Source: an uncultured Alteromonas sp. (GTDB lineage: Bacteria > Pseudomonadota > Gammaproteobacteria > Enterobacterales > Alteromonadaceae). Taken from it: 64,000 nt of DNA. A program made the position numbers and the translations under genes. Under the pieces are notes generated by a model. It was not told where the DNA came from and made no database searches. It saw only the letters and a list, made by a program, of their open reading frames with translations. The stretch spans positions 32,210 to 96,209 of the forward strand of contig CAYSDZ010000008.1 of the NCBI GenBank assembly GCA_964429915.1. Direction: 5' to 3'. Positions 47,891 to 57,690 of this stretch are shown one piece after another (within the stretch, counting starts at the first letter, position 1; the number at the start of each line of letters is the position of its first letter).

Positions 47891-49102
47891 TTAGTGTGCG
47901 GGAATCTTGATTTTCTCGACGTCAGTAGAGGAGTGTGATTTTTCTTTTTCTACGCGAAAATCTAGCTGCACAAGCAAAGCTGTTTGACGCTGAGCTTGCC
48001 CGCCTTGAATACGTGGTTTGTATTCCCATTGCTTAAGGGCATCAACGGCACTGCTATCAAAGGTGCCTTTGGGGAATGATTCAATTACTTTAATGTTGTC
48101 GGTTGAACCTTTCTTAGTGATATCAAACTCTAATATCACAGAGCCTTCAACTCCTTTCTCCGCAGCGTCTTTTGGATATTCAGGGTTAACACGCATAATT
48201 GGTGTGGCTAAGTTAATTTCACTGTTATGAGTCGATGACGGCGGTGCAAGGTTTGCTAAAACCGTGTGGGTTGTAAAAATACTGCCTAATAGTATCGCGG
48301 CAATACTTATTGCTCTACTACTAGATACGGGCTGTTTGATTAAGTTAATACGTTTGATCATGGTCGATTTTTCTCCAAAGGTTGGGTAGGGCGTGATGTT
48401 GCTTGGTGAATATTCAGCACACTGAACAAGTGCTGAAGCATAGTCAATTTTGTCAACTTGGCTTTTGTATTCTAATACTTTAGCGTCGCACGCTAACTCT
48501 TGGTTAATGCGAAAAGATCGCAGGGCTACCCAAACTAACGGGTTGAACCAAAATACTGTGGCAAAGGTTAACGCAAGCAAATTCCAAAGGTGATCTCGGT
48601 GCATAAAATGCACCCGTTCGTGTTCTAAAATCATGGATTGTTGCTTTGAATTAAATTGTTCTGTAAAGCCTAAGGGAACAATAATGCGAGGCTTAATAAA
48701 TCCAAATAACATTGGCGTAGTGGCCACACTGGAGGTATAGAACTGTTGATTCAAAACGTTGTGTGAATTTTCGTGCGTAAGTGATTGATACAGAATGTAG
48801 TAATGATAACTCACGAACATGACTATGCCGGCTACACCGACGGTCCATAAAATAAGTAGTACGTTTAATGCAGGCATTTCGGCTGTAGAACCCACATTTA
48901 TGATATACCGACTTACACTTTGCGATACGAAGGGTAAACTTGTGCTAGGCAAGTTGTTAGCAATCAAGGTAAAGGGAATTAAAAACCAAAGCTGATAGGC
49001 GAATGCGGCGTTTAATTTTCTGCTCAAAAATTTTTCACAACATATCGTAAAGATAAGCGCAATAGACAATACGCCTTGTTGTTGAACTAGCCAATCAGTC
49101 AT
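47891..49102 (-). CDS. BlaR1/M56 peptidase fused to a TonB C-terminal domain
   Basis: TPMLFGFIKPRII, LEHERVH (HExxH), WFNPLVW, QELACD; C-terminal RVNPEYP…VEGSV…ALKQWEYKP; start overlaps the blaI stop. Confidence 0.88.
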   Translation of the reverse strand: MTDWLVQQQGVLSIALIFTICCEKFLSRKLNAAFAYQLWFLIPFTLIANNLPSTSLPFVSQSVSRYIINVGSTAEMPALNVLLILWTVGVAGIVMFVSYHYYILYQSLTHENSHNVLNQQFYTSSVATTPMLFGFIKPRIIVPLGFTEQFNSKQQSMILEHERVHFMHRDHLWNLLALTFATVFWFNPLVWVALRSFRINQELACDAKVLEYKSQVDKIDYASALVQCAEYSPSNITPYPTFGEKSTMIKRINLIKQPVSSSRAISIAAILLGSIFTTHTVLANLAPPSSTHNSEINLATPIMRVNPEYPKDAAEKGVEGSVILEFDITKKGSTDNIKVIESFPKGTFDSSAVDALKQWEYKPRIQGGQAQRQTALLVQLDFRVEKEKSHSSTDVEKIKIPAH

Positions 49103-49481
49103 TGTCGTTTTCCCATTGTTGAATGAGTGATTTGAGCTCGTCAATATCTTGCTTGGATAGCGTGTTTTGATTGGCGAAACCTGCCACCATAGGGGCTATT
49201 TTTCCGTTAAACAGACGGCTTACAAAATGGCTCGTTTCTTTTTTAGTGTATTCTTCACGCGCAATCAGTGGACTGTACAAGTACTGACGTTGCTGCTTTT
49301 CAAAACCGAGCACTTCCTTTTTGACTAAACGTCCAAGCAAGGTTTTCACGGTTTTTTGATGCCATTCTTTGCGCTGCTTCAGTCGAGTGATGACTTCATT
49401 GGCGGTTACAGGGTAGTCATCCCATATTACGTCTAGTACATCAAATTCTGCGTTAGATATATCGGGTCGCTGAGTTTTCAT
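49095..49481 (-). CDS. BlaI/MecI/CopY-family repressor
   Basis: ISNAEFDVLDVIW, TVKTLLGRLVKK, YLYSPLI. Confidence 0.92.
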   Translation of the reverse strand: MKTQRPDISNAEFDVLDVIWDDYPVTANEVITRLKQRKEWHQKTVKTLLGRLVKKEVLGFEKQQRQYLYSPLIAREEYTKKETSHFVSRLFNGKIAPMVAGFANQNTLSKQDIDELKSLIQQWENDND

Positions 49482-49490
49482 AATTTTATT

Positions 49491-49531
49491 GATTACAGAT
49501 GTAGTCTTTGGTTTAGATTACACTTGTAGTC
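49491..49531. promoter_or_regulatory. Two BlaI/CopY-type operators (TACA-NN-TGTA)
   Basis: GATTACAgaTGTAGTC (49491-49506) and GATTACActTGTAGTC (49516-49531), 25 bp apart, directly upstream of the repressor. Confidence 0.85.
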
Positions 49532-49681
49532 AAGAATTGCAAATGTTTTTTTAATCAACACTTAAAGTCGAAGTATTATTGATTGCAGTTACCTTATTTG
49601 CAGGCTAAATTATTCAACCATTTCCAATTTGCGAAGATTTCGAACCAATGAGAATCCTCCATCCTTGTGGACAATGAACTC

Positions 49682-50272
49682 ATGTTAAGTAACAGTCAGT
49701 TAACGAAGCTGGGAGAGAGGTTTAGGAAAAATAAACTTGAAGACGATGATCTGCAAATGCTGGAGCAATTTCGCCAGACGTTCAGTGATATCGACCAAAA
49801 AACATATGAAATAATTCAGGATGCACTCAAATTCTCTGATGAATTAGTTATTACTAAGCGAAAACGAAAAACCCAGCAGTCCATTGTTCATAAGTTGCGA
49901 AGACAAGAAAAATTGAGGCTTCCACAAATGCAAGATATTGCCGGGTGCCGCATTGTGATCCAAAGCAAAAATAGACACGCATTTGGATATTAGGCAATAC
50001 ATATCATTGTGAAAATGGATAAAAAATTCTATGAAATTCAACTCAGAACTTATGCTCAAGATATATGGGCAAATTTAGTTGAAAGCCTTTCAAATGGCGA
50101 CAACACCTTGAAATATGGAGGAAGCGAGAATGAACAGGCCTTAGTCCAAATCTTAAACCGTTTGAGTGAGAAATTTTTTTTATTGGATGAAATTGCACAT
50201 ACTATTTCGCTTAAAAATTATCGGAAAAAAATTCAAGAGGTGATGCAAAATGTTTTATCTAATCGAGCATAA
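49682..50272 (+). pseudogene. RelA/SpoT-type small alarmone synthetase (CapRel-like toxSAS), interrupted by an in-frame TAG
   Basis: ORFs 49667-49993 and 50009-50272 share one frame: RKTQQSIVHKLRR…MQDIAGCRIV…GY*AIHIIV…EIQLRT..QDIWANLVE; TAG at 49991 replaces the Arg of GYRxxH. Confidence 0.75.
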
Positions 50273-50528
50273 TCGCTCTACCAAAGAAACAACAGTCGCC
50301 GAATACGATAACTATTCTGTTGCACAAAGCGAGTGTTTCCAAAAAGAACAAAGGTTTTTTCATGAAAACCAAAGCGAAATAGAAGTTGTTATATTCGAAG
50401 CAGATTCTCTCGAAGGCCTCAAAAGTACACATAGTCGGTACTTTGCAAAGGCGCAAAAAAAAGAAAATACAAAATCAGCTTTGCTTGCCGTAGGCCTTGT
50501 GGGCTTAGGATTGTATCTACTCAGTTAG
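50250..50528 (+). CDS. Putative antitoxin of the SAS toxin, with a C-terminal hydrophobic tail
   Basis: RBS GAGGTG, 23-bp overlap with the toxin; EVVIFEADSLEGLKSTHSRYF; tail ALLAVGLVGLGLYLLS. Confidence 0.65.
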   Translation: MFYLIEHNRSTKETTVAEYDNYSVAQSECFQKEQRFFHENQSEIEVVIFEADSLEGLKSTHSRYFAKAQKKENTKSALLAVGLVGLGLYLLS

Positions 50529-50733
50529 TGATACTAATTGTTGTCTAATCTGAACCGATTTCGCGTACGCTTTTAATGCTGGCATTTCGGCTGTCGAACC
50601 AATATTTACGATATATCGACTACCACTTTGGAGAAACGTTTTTATTCTTTTTTGGCAACGCCCATAATTTGCTATACCTTAATATCACTCATTAATGTTT
50701 CTACAGTGAATAAAAAAACACAGGGGTCCGAGT

Positions 50734-51525
50734 ATGAGTAGTCCATTTCAAGCAAGTGTTGGCTTCGTTATGAGTGCCGACATTGCCGTGCCAGATTATG
50801 AACAAGTAAAGCAGTTTTATATAAAGGTGTTGACGACCGGTAACGCGCCTTTATGGCGAGATGATTTGATGAATCATCTGGGTATCCCAATTATTGGATT
50901 GGGTCGGCAAACACCCGATTATGCCAATTTACCCATTGCATGGATGCCACACATTCAAGTCACAAACGTAGCAACCAGCGTAACAGAAGCTATCGCCAAT
51001 GGTGGCAGTGAGCTTATGCACGGAAGAGATGGCGATGGAAACAGTCAATGGGCCGTATTAACTGATCCCAATGGTACTGCGTTTGGTGTTATTCCTGTGG
51101 TTTCAAAAGATGATCTGCCCAAAACTGAGGAGAGTGCTAAACAGAAGCCGTTTGGCTATATCGGCTGGTTAGATTTAACGGTGAAGAACGCAACTGAAAT
51201 ACGGGATTTTTATAAAGCGGTCATTGGTTGGAGCTCAGAAAATGTGCCTATGAGCGATGGTAATGAACAATATGCCGATTTTAATATGACAAAAGACGAT
51301 GGTCAGCCGGGAGCGGGTATTTGTCACTCACGAGGGACGAATGCTCATATGCCACCTGTATGGATGATATATTTACCTGTTGGTGATTTAGCCCTGAGTC
51401 TCGAGCATGTGCAATCCGGCGGCGGAAGAATAGTCAAAGAATACAAAAATGATGACGGTCAAACCACCTTTGCAGCCATTCAGGATCCTGTAGGTGCCTA
51501 TTTAGCGTTGATGCAGGCTGGATGA
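50734..51525 (+). CDS. VOC/glyoxalase-like protein (two domains)
   Basis: ADIAVPDY…FY, WMPHIQVTNV, DPNGTAFG, WLDLTV, WMIYLPV, DPVGAYLAL. Confidence 0.85.
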   Translation: MSSPFQASVGFVMSADIAVPDYEQVKQFYIKVLTTGNAPLWRDDLMNHLGIPIIGLGRQTPDYANLPIAWMPHIQVTNVATSVTEAIANGGSELMHGRDGDGNSQWAVLTDPNGTAFGVIPVVSKDDLPKTEESAKQKPFGYIGWLDLTVKNATEIRDFYKAVIGWSSENVPMSDGNEQYADFNMTKDDGQPGAGICHSRGTNAHMPPVWMIYLPVGDLALSLEHVQSGGGRIVKEYKNDDGQTTFAAIQDPVGAYLALMQAG

Positions 51526-51623
51526 GTGCTGATTTTCTGACTATAGCTATATAGATTTTAATTTTGGATTAGCAAAGCTACCGTAATACGCGCATAATAT
51601 AAGCATATCATGTGGAGGTGCTT

Positions 51624-51884
51624 ATGAACGTTACTCTTGGTTCAGAATTTGAAAAACGAATTAATGAGAAAGTTGCCTCTGGCCTTTATACTTCTGCCAG
51701 CGAAGTAATCAGAGATGGTTTGAGGTTGTTGTTTGAAAAAGATGTATCGAAGCAACAACAATTAGAAATATTACGTGAAGAGGTTGGCAAAGGCTTTCAG
51801 CAGTTGTCAAGCGGGCGAACTTCCGATAAGTCTGCACTAGATATATTTGCTGAGGTAAGCAAGGAAATCGATGGCAAGCTATAA
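51624..51884 (+). CDS. parD: ParD-like antitoxin (CopG/Arc RHH)
   Basis: RBS GGAGG; MNVTLG…VASGLYTSASEVIRDGLRLL. Confidence 0.88.
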   Translation: MNVTLGSEFEKRINEKVASGLYTSASEVIRDGLRLLFEKDVSKQQQLEILREEVGKGFQQLSSGRTSDKSALDIFAEVSKEIDGKL

Positions 51885-52083
51885 ACTTTCTCAGCTTGCC
51901 GAAGAAGACTTACGACACATATCAGCAAGAACCATTGATAACTGGGGTAGGCTCCAAGCAGAGAAATATGTGTCGCTTCTTCATAATGCAATGACGCAAA
52001 TCGCCAATACTCCTGATATTGGTAAAAACAGACCAGATCTGTCAGCTACCGCGAAGAGCTTTCCTACTCAAAATCAGGTTTGA
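51871..52083 (+). pseudogene. parE: ParE/RelE toxin, C-terminally truncated
   Basis: YKLSQLAEEDL…NWGRLQAEKY…PDIGKNRPDL…KSFP, then a stop at 70 aa, 4 bp before the tRNA repeat; the usual HVIFY segment is missing. Confidence 0.75.
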
Positions 52084-52087
52084 AGTA

Positions 52088-52156
52088 TGGTACCAGAGGC
52101 CGGACTTGAACCGGCAGCACTTACGGTCACCGGCCTCACGGTCGGTGGATTTTGAA
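52088..52156 (-). repeat. Duplicated 3' half of tRNA-Leu (att-like site)
   Basis: 52088-52116 is identical to 52998-53026 (29 bp); 52134-52156 matches the variable arm and anticodon region at 22/23, separated by an inserted segment. Confidence 0.88.
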
Positions 52157-52339
52157 AAGTCAGTGCCTATTTTAAGTCATATAAAAAATAACCTGAAAGG
52201 GCAAAAACGCACCTTGCAAATTCTTTGCAAGTGTTAAACAATTTTTAATCGGTGTATCTGAGCGAAATACATCGCGAATCATGTGTTCCTAGTCAAAATA
52301 GTTTTGATATGTGGTGCTATATTCAGTACCATTAATGTC

Positions 52340-52756
52340 ATGCAAAAGCCCGAGGTAGTGCTCGACATAAATGTGATTTTCTCAGGTTTATATTCATCTG
52401 ACGGCGCGTCATATCAAATTTTGAAAGCATTACCCCAGAGGACATTCGAACCTGTATTATCAGTAACGCTATTATTTGAATATGAAGACGTTTTGAGACG
52501 AAATGCAAAGATGCTTCGACTCAATAGCAGTCAGATTGAATCGGTCTTGAATAATATCTGTGATTTCTGTCGCCATCAAAAAGTACACTATAGGTGGAGG
52601 CCAAATCTGAAAGATCCAAAAGATGATCATGTTTTGGAATTGGCTGTTGCGGCTAACGCTAATTTTATTGTGACACACAATATTCGAGACTTTAAATCAT
52701 CGAATAGATTTAGTGTTCAGGCTATTTCACCCAAACAGTTTTTGGAGAAAATCTAA
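52340..52756 (+). CDS. PIN-domain toxin (PIN_3/TIGR00305-like)
   Basis: VVLDINV, LLFEYEDVL, WRPNLKDPKDDHVLELAV, IVTHNIRDF; start placed at MQKP. Confidence 0.9.
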   Translation: MQKPEVVLDINVIFSGLYSSDGASYQILKALPQRTFEPVLSVTLLFEYEDVLRRNAKMLRLNSSQIESVLNNICDFCRHQKVHYRWRPNLKDPKDDHVLELAVAANANFIVTHNIRDFKSSNRFSVQAISPKQFLEKI

Positions 52757-52992
52757 TGCCAGCAAGAAATCTGAGACTTCCAAATTCGATAGACTCTCAT
52801 TTGAAGGAAATAGCTACGAAAGAAGGGGTGTCTATCAATCAATTGATCACAACCGCTGTGTCTGAGAAAGTGTCGGCATTGATGACTGAAGATTACCTTA
52901 GAGAATGCGCGTCAAACGCAAATCATCAAGACTTTTTAGATATTCTGGATAACGTTCCAAGCAGAAAGCCCTTGGAAGGTGATGAACTTTAA
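52756..52992 (+). CDS. RHH/HicB-like antitoxin downstream of the PIN toxin
   Basis: NLRLPNSIDSHLKEIATKEGVSINQLITTAVSEKV; TAATG stop/start overlap. Confidence 0.85.
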   Translation: MPARNLRLPNSIDSHLKEIATKEGVSINQLITTAVSEKVSALMTEDYLRECASNANHQDFLDILDNVPSRKPLEGDEL

Positions 52993-52997
52993 GTAAA

Positions 52998-53084
52998 TGG
53001 TACCAGAGGCCGGACTTGAACCGGCACACCCTCACGGGCGGTGGATTTTGAATCCACTGCGTCTACCAATTCCGCCACTCTGGC
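52998..53084 (-). tRNA. leuX: tRNA-Leu(CAA), 87 nt, CCA encoded
   Basis: GCCAGAG/CTCTGGT acceptor stem, GTGGA-TTCAAAA-TCCAC anticodon arm, long variable arm, GGTTCAAGTCC T-loop. Confidence 0.95.
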
Positions 53085-53277
53085 ACTGATGTGCTACTTT
53101 CTCGGTAGGTCGCGAATTATAGCTAGGTGAATTTTTGTTGCAAGTCGTTTTTTGCATTTATCAATGCAAGTGCATGTTTACTGCACAATTTGCTCAAAAA
53201 AGCTTTGCTTACTTCTTTGAACCGTACCCTTTGTGGCACAATAAGACATTGCTAATATCAGCTAATGCATAGTGTAA

Positions 53278-53781
53278 ATGAAAACATTACCGAACACTAA
53301 CGCTCCACGAGCCACTTTCTTTAAGCGCTTAGCCGCCATGGTATACGACACGCTGGTTGCATGCGCTGTTGGCATTTTAGCTGCCCTCATTATGTCAGCC
53401 ATGCTTGTTGCATTACTAAGCTCAGGTGTGTTGTCGATGGGTGAGTTTGATGAGCCAAATCAAGCCATTGCCCATTCGCTCGGTTATACGCTTATTATTC
53501 AGTGCTGGTCTGGAATTTGGATAGTGGCATTTTTCTTAGGTTTTTGGAAAAAAGGGGGGCAAACCATTGGTATGCGGGCGTGGCGATTACGCCTTTATTC
53601 CCTTAACGAACAACCCGTTACATGGAAACGACTCGCTATTAGGTTAATATGCAGTTTAGGCGGAATAGGAACACTAGCCGTAGTGCTTGACCGTAAAAAT
53701 AAACTGGCTCTTCAAGACAGAGCATCGAACATTGAAATACTTCAACTCACTCAAGCGCAAAACGACCATAAAAACTGGTAA
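53278..53781 (+). CDS. RDD family membrane protein
   Basis: FFKRLAAMVYD, GQTIGMRAWRLR, LQDRAS. Confidence 0.9.
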   Translation: MKTLPNTNAPRATFFKRLAAMVYDTLVACAVGILAALIMSAMLVALLSSGVLSMGEFDEPNQAIAHSLGYTLIIQCWSGIWIVAFFLGFWKKGGQTIGMRAWRLRLYSLNEQPVTWKRLAIRLICSLGGIGTLAVVLDRKNKLALQDRASNIEILQLTQAQNDHKNW

Positions 53782-53788
53782 CGATCGT

Positions 53789-54853
53789 TTAACGACGTAG
53801 CAAAATCGCAGCCACAGCGGCAAACAAAAAACTGGGTAATAACGCACCCAGAAAAGGTGGTAATTGGTATACCAAGCTTAAAGGCCCAAACACTTCATTA
53901 GTAATGAAAAAGCCGAAGCCAGTTAATACTCCCATAATCACTCGGGCCCCCATTGAAACACTGCGTAGTGGGCCAAAAATAAACGATAAAGCCATTAAAA
54001 CCATAACCGCAACAGACAGAGGCTGAAAAATTTTGCGCCAGAAAGCCAGTTGATACCGCGATGAATCTTGGTCATTGTTATCTAAATATTGAACGTATTC
54101 ATACAAGCCGAAAATAGACAAGGCTTCGGGTTTCACTGCTACAATGCCCAATTTATCAGGCGTTAGGGTTGATCGCCATTCCGCAGATTCAAGCTTGGTA
54201 ACATCGATATTTTCAGGTTCAAAATTAGTAACGGTAACGTCTTTAAATTGCCAACCTTCGTTATTTTTGAACTGGGCCTGTTTGGCAAAAATCATCTGTT
54301 GTAACAACAGCCCCTCGGTAAAGCGATAAACAGTGATATCAGTTGAAAGATCGCGGGTAATTACTTGGCCTATACTCACAAAATCAGAGCCATCTTTGGC
54401 CCAGATTAATTCGTCAGAAGCGAAAAGGCTCCCCCCAGATAACGCTTCAGAACGCATTTGTTTTGCTTTTGCTTCACTGACGGGAGTGACGAATTCACCC
54501 AATGCCATTACCGCAACAATCATTAATGCGCTGGCCTGCATGGCTGAGCCGATAATATTCCATCTGCTTCGGCCCGCAGCCTGCATTACTACCAATTCAC
54601 TATTACTCGCCAACACGCCCATACCCACCAAAGCACCTAGTAAGGTGGCCATCGGAAAAAATTGTTCAATATCGCGAGGTAAGCTCAACAGCACATAAAG
54701 CGCGGCAACGGTCATATCGTAGTCGCCTTCCCCTATCTTTCTAAGTTGTTCAACAAATTTAATTAAAGCGCTTAAACCAACTAACACGGATAAAGTGGTG
54801 AACACAGTGGAAAGCAAGGTTTTTGCAATGTATCGGTCGAGAATGGTGATCAT
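53789..54853 (-). CDS. lptG: LPS export ABC permease LptG
   Basis: ILDRYIAK, ELVVMQAAG, FWRKIFQP, FIFGPLRSVSMGAR. Confidence 0.95.
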   Translation of the reverse strand: MITILDRYIAKTLLSTVFTTLSVLVGLSALIKFVEQLRKIGEGDYDMTVAALYVLLSLPRDIEQFFPMATLLGALVGMGVLASNSELVVMQAAGRSRWNIIGSAMQASALMIVAVMALGEFVTPVSEAKAKQMRSEALSGGSLFASDELIWAKDGSDFVSIGQVITRDLSTDITVYRFTEGLLLQQMIFAKQAQFKNNEGWQFKDVTVTNFEPENIDVTKLESAEWRSTLTPDKLGIVAVKPEALSIFGLYEYVQYLDNNDQDSSRYQLAFWRKIFQPLSVAVMVLMALSFIFGPLRSVSMGARVIMGVLTGFGFFITNEVFGPLSLVYQLPPFLGALLPSFLFAAVAAILLRR

Positions 54854-55992
54854 GGTTTTGGCCTCGCAGAATCTGCTTTTCCCGCTCCGCGCTTAAGTCT
54901 GACTGTTCTCAATTTTGCGCCCGTTTTGCGCTCTCTAAATAAAAGTAAAGTCGCGATAACGAGTAACATGGCATGTACCCACCACAGTCCAAGTACGTTC
55001 GGAATCTTACCGTCTTCCAATACTCTCCGGCTGGCTAATAACAGCAAAAAGTACCCCAAATACAACATGATCGCAGGTATCATTTTTCCAAAACGGCCGT
55101 TGCGAGGATTTACCGACGCTAGTGGTACGGCAACTAGCATTAATAGCGGAATAGCTAAAGGCAAAGCTAATCGCCACTGAAGTTCAGCAAACGCCTCCTG
55201 ATCGTCCGAGTGGAATAAATCGAGAGTAGGAATAACCGACACTTTCTCGCCCTTTTGTTCGGGAGTGTCTTCACTTATTTGAATTTTATACTCGTCAAAA
55301 TTAAGGACTCGATAATCCGCTTGTCCCTGCTGTCCCTCATACTGATAGCCTTGTTTTAGAATAAGATGACGCGAGCCATCGGCGTCAGTTTGAACTTCAC
55401 CCGTTTTAGCGTAAACCACCCTAACTTGTTCTTCGCTGCCTTGCTTTTGTGCTTGCTTTTGAGATAGAAAGACGCGATCTAGTAGTTCGTTTCTCGCATC
55501 AATATCATGGGCGAAAATAACCGCTTCCTGATTACCTGTTTGTTGAAATCGACCGGGTACTAACGCGGTTAATCCAGCCTCTGAAGAGGCTTTTTCTTTC
55601 AGTGAATACTCACTCTGCGCTGCCAATGGCGCAAAATACAGAGTAATAATCGCGGTTATTGTCATCACTGCGATACTCAGCAACAGCATGACTCTTGCGA
55701 CATACCACTCGCTCACACCGCACGCGCGCAACACCGTCATCTCACTGTCTACATAAAGCCGCCCGTGCGCTAGCATGACCCCTAAATAAGCACTAATCGG
55801 TAACACCAAACTCGACAATCCGGGAGTGTAAAGCGTTAAAAAACCCAATACTAAACTTGCAGGAATATCGCCATCAGACGCATCACCTAACACCCTCACA
55901 AACTTTAAAGTAATGAAAATCGCCATAAGAATGAAAAAAATGGCGACTTGCGATTTCACCGTTTCTTTTATCAGGTATCTAGCGATCAACAT
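54850..55992 (-). CDS. lptF: LPS export ABC permease LptF
   Basis: GRLYVDSEMTVLRACG, GRFQ, AELQWRL, VNPRNGRF. Confidence 0.95.
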   Translation of the reverse strand: MLIARYLIKETVKSQVAIFFILMAIFITLKFVRVLGDASDGDIPASLVLGFLTLYTPGLSSLVLPISAYLGVMLAHGRLYVDSEMTVLRACGVSEWYVARVMLLLSIAVMTITAIITLYFAPLAAQSEYSLKEKASSEAGLTALVPGRFQQTGNQEAVIFAHDIDARNELLDRVFLSQKQAQKQGSEEQVRVVYAKTGEVQTDADGSRHLILKQGYQYEGQQGQADYRVLNFDEYKIQISEDTPEQKGEKVSVIPTLDLFHSDDQEAFAELQWRLALPLAIPLLMLVAVPLASVNPRNGRFGKMIPAIMLYLGYFLLLLASRRVLEDGKIPNVLGLWWVHAMLLVIATLLLFRERKTGAKLRTVRLKRGAGKADSARPKP

Positions 55993-56173
55993 AATATTTG
56001 GGCATGAAAGTAGGCATTAATAATGAAAAACTCGCTTTAGTTGAGTACACTACCGGAGTGATAGCTTTTAAACGCATTGTGCGTATTATCAATGATTAAT
56101 GCGAAAAGATAAACACGCTCTAAGGCAGGCCTAAGATTAGCCTTCCTGCGACAGATTACAAGGGTGGAATAAC

Positions 56174-57679
56174 GTGGAATTCAGTGTAAAAAGTGGTAGT
56201 GCAGAAAAGCAACGAAGTGCATGTATCGTGGTGGGGGTATTTGAGCCGCGTCGATTAACCGCGGTTGCTGAACAACTCGACGAAATCAGTGAAGGGTATA
56301 TCAGCAATCTGCTTCGCCGTGGCGATATTGAAGGCAAAGCAGGTCAAACACTTTTATTACATCAAGTACCGAACGTGCTGAGCGAGCGAGTACTGCTAGT
56401 GGGTTGTGGGAAAGAGCGTGAGCTTGACGAACGCCAATACAAACAAATCATAGCCAAAACCATTAAAACATTGAACGAAACCGGTTCGATGGAAGCCGTC
56501 TGCTTTTTAACCGAGTTACATGTTAAAGGCCGAGATACGTATTGGAAAGTACGTCAAGCTGTCGAAGCCGCGCAGGACTGCCTATATACCTTTTTTCAGC
56601 TCAAAACTAAAAAAGATGCGCCTCGTCGACCGCTAAGAAAAATGGTATTTAATGTTTCGACGCGTAAAGAGCTTGCAGAGGGTGAAAATGCCATTGCTCA
56701 TGGTTTAGCAATAGCAAAAGGGGCCAAAGTGACCCGTGATGTGGCCAATATGCCGCCTAATATTTGTAATCCTGAATATTTATGGCAACAAGCGCAAGCA
56801 CTAGGCGAACAGTACGACACCATCACCACCGAAGTAATAAATGAAGCTAAAATGGCCGAGCTTGGAATGAATTCTTACCTTTCTGTAGGTCGAGGTTCTG
56901 AAAATGAATCCATGATGAGCCTAATTCATTATAAAGGCAGTGAAAGCGATGCAGCTCCTATTGTATTTGTTGGTAAGGGGTTGACTTTCGATTCCGGTGG
57001 CATTTCCATAAAACCGGGTGCGCAAATGGATGAAATGAAGTATGACATGGGCGGTGCTGCGTCCGTGTTGGGCTTAATGCACACTATAGCCGAGTTAAAT
57101 TTGCCATTAAACATCATTGGTATTCTTGCAGGGTGTGAAAATATGCCAGATGGCAATGCTTATCGCCCCGGAGATATTCTTACCACCATGTCAGGACAAA
57201 CCGTCGAAGTGCTCAATACAGATGCAGAAGGCCGCTTGGTGTTATGTGATGCACTGACCTACGTAGAGCGGTTTGAACCCGATACCGTTATTGATATTGC
57301 AACGTTAACCGGAGCCTGTGTGATTGCGTTAGGGAAATATGCAACGGGGCTTATGAGCCCGCACAACCCTCTTGCTCATGAATTGTTGAATGCCTCAGAG
57401 CAAAGTTCTGATCGAGCATGGCGCTTACCAATATGGGATGAATATCAAGAACAAATAGAAAGCCCGTTTGCCGATATGGCGAACGTAGGAGGCCGACCTG
57501 CTGGTGCAATAACGGCTGGCTGTTTTTTGGCTCGATTCACTAAAAAATATAACTGGGCGCATATGGACATCGCAGGTACAGCTTGGAATAGCGGTGCAAA
57601 CAAAGGTGCCACAGGTCGACCTGTCCCCATGTTAACTCAGTTCTTGTTGAACCGTTCAGGTCTTGCACACGAAGACTAA
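56174..57679 (+). CDS. pepA: Cytosol leucyl aminopeptidase
   Basis: [35 protein letters not shown]. Confidence 0.97.
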   Translation: MEFSVKSGSAEKQRSACIVVGVFEPRRLTAVAEQLDEISEGYISNLLRRGDIEGKAGQTLLLHQVPNVLSERVLLVGCGKERELDERQYKQIIAKTIKTLNETGSMEAVCFLTELHVKGRDTYWKVRQAVEAAQDCLYTFFQLKTKKDAPRRPLRKMVFNVSTRKELAEGENAIAHGLAIAKGAKVTRDVANMPPNICNPEYLWQQAQALGEQYDTITTEVINEAKMAELGMNSYLSVGRGSENESMMSLIHYKGSESDAAPIVFVGKGLTFDSGGISIKPGAQMDEMKYDMGGAASVLGLMHTIAELNLPLNIIGILAGCENMPDGNAYRPGDILTTMSGQTVEVLNTDAEGRLVLCDALTYVERFEPDTVIDIATLTGACVIALGKYATGLMSPHNPLAHELLNASEQSSDRAWRLPIWDEYQEQIESPFADMANVGGRPAGAITAGCFLARFTKKYNWAHMDIAGTAWNSGANKGATGRPVPMLTQFLLNRSGLAHED

Positions 57680-57690
57680 CAGGCTTCATT

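Larger units (their letters stand above)
52157..52997. mobile_element. Integrase-less mini-island at tRNA-Leu carrying only a TA pair
   Basis: Bounded by the tRNA 3' end and its direct repeat; contains the PIN and antitoxin genes only. Confidence 0.6.

Noticed and set aside
49991-49993. Programmed read-through (Sec or Pyl) of the stop in the SAS gene
   Set aside because: The codon is TAG rather than TGA, it sits at a conserved Arg, and a neighbouring segment also appears deleted, so pseudogenisation is simpler
49640-50603. 10-bp direct repeat TCGAACCAAT (49640-49649 and 50594-50603) flanking the SAS/antitoxin pair
   Set aside because: It could be a target duplication or a degenerate tRNA T-loop, but it is too short to distinguish from chance without comparative data
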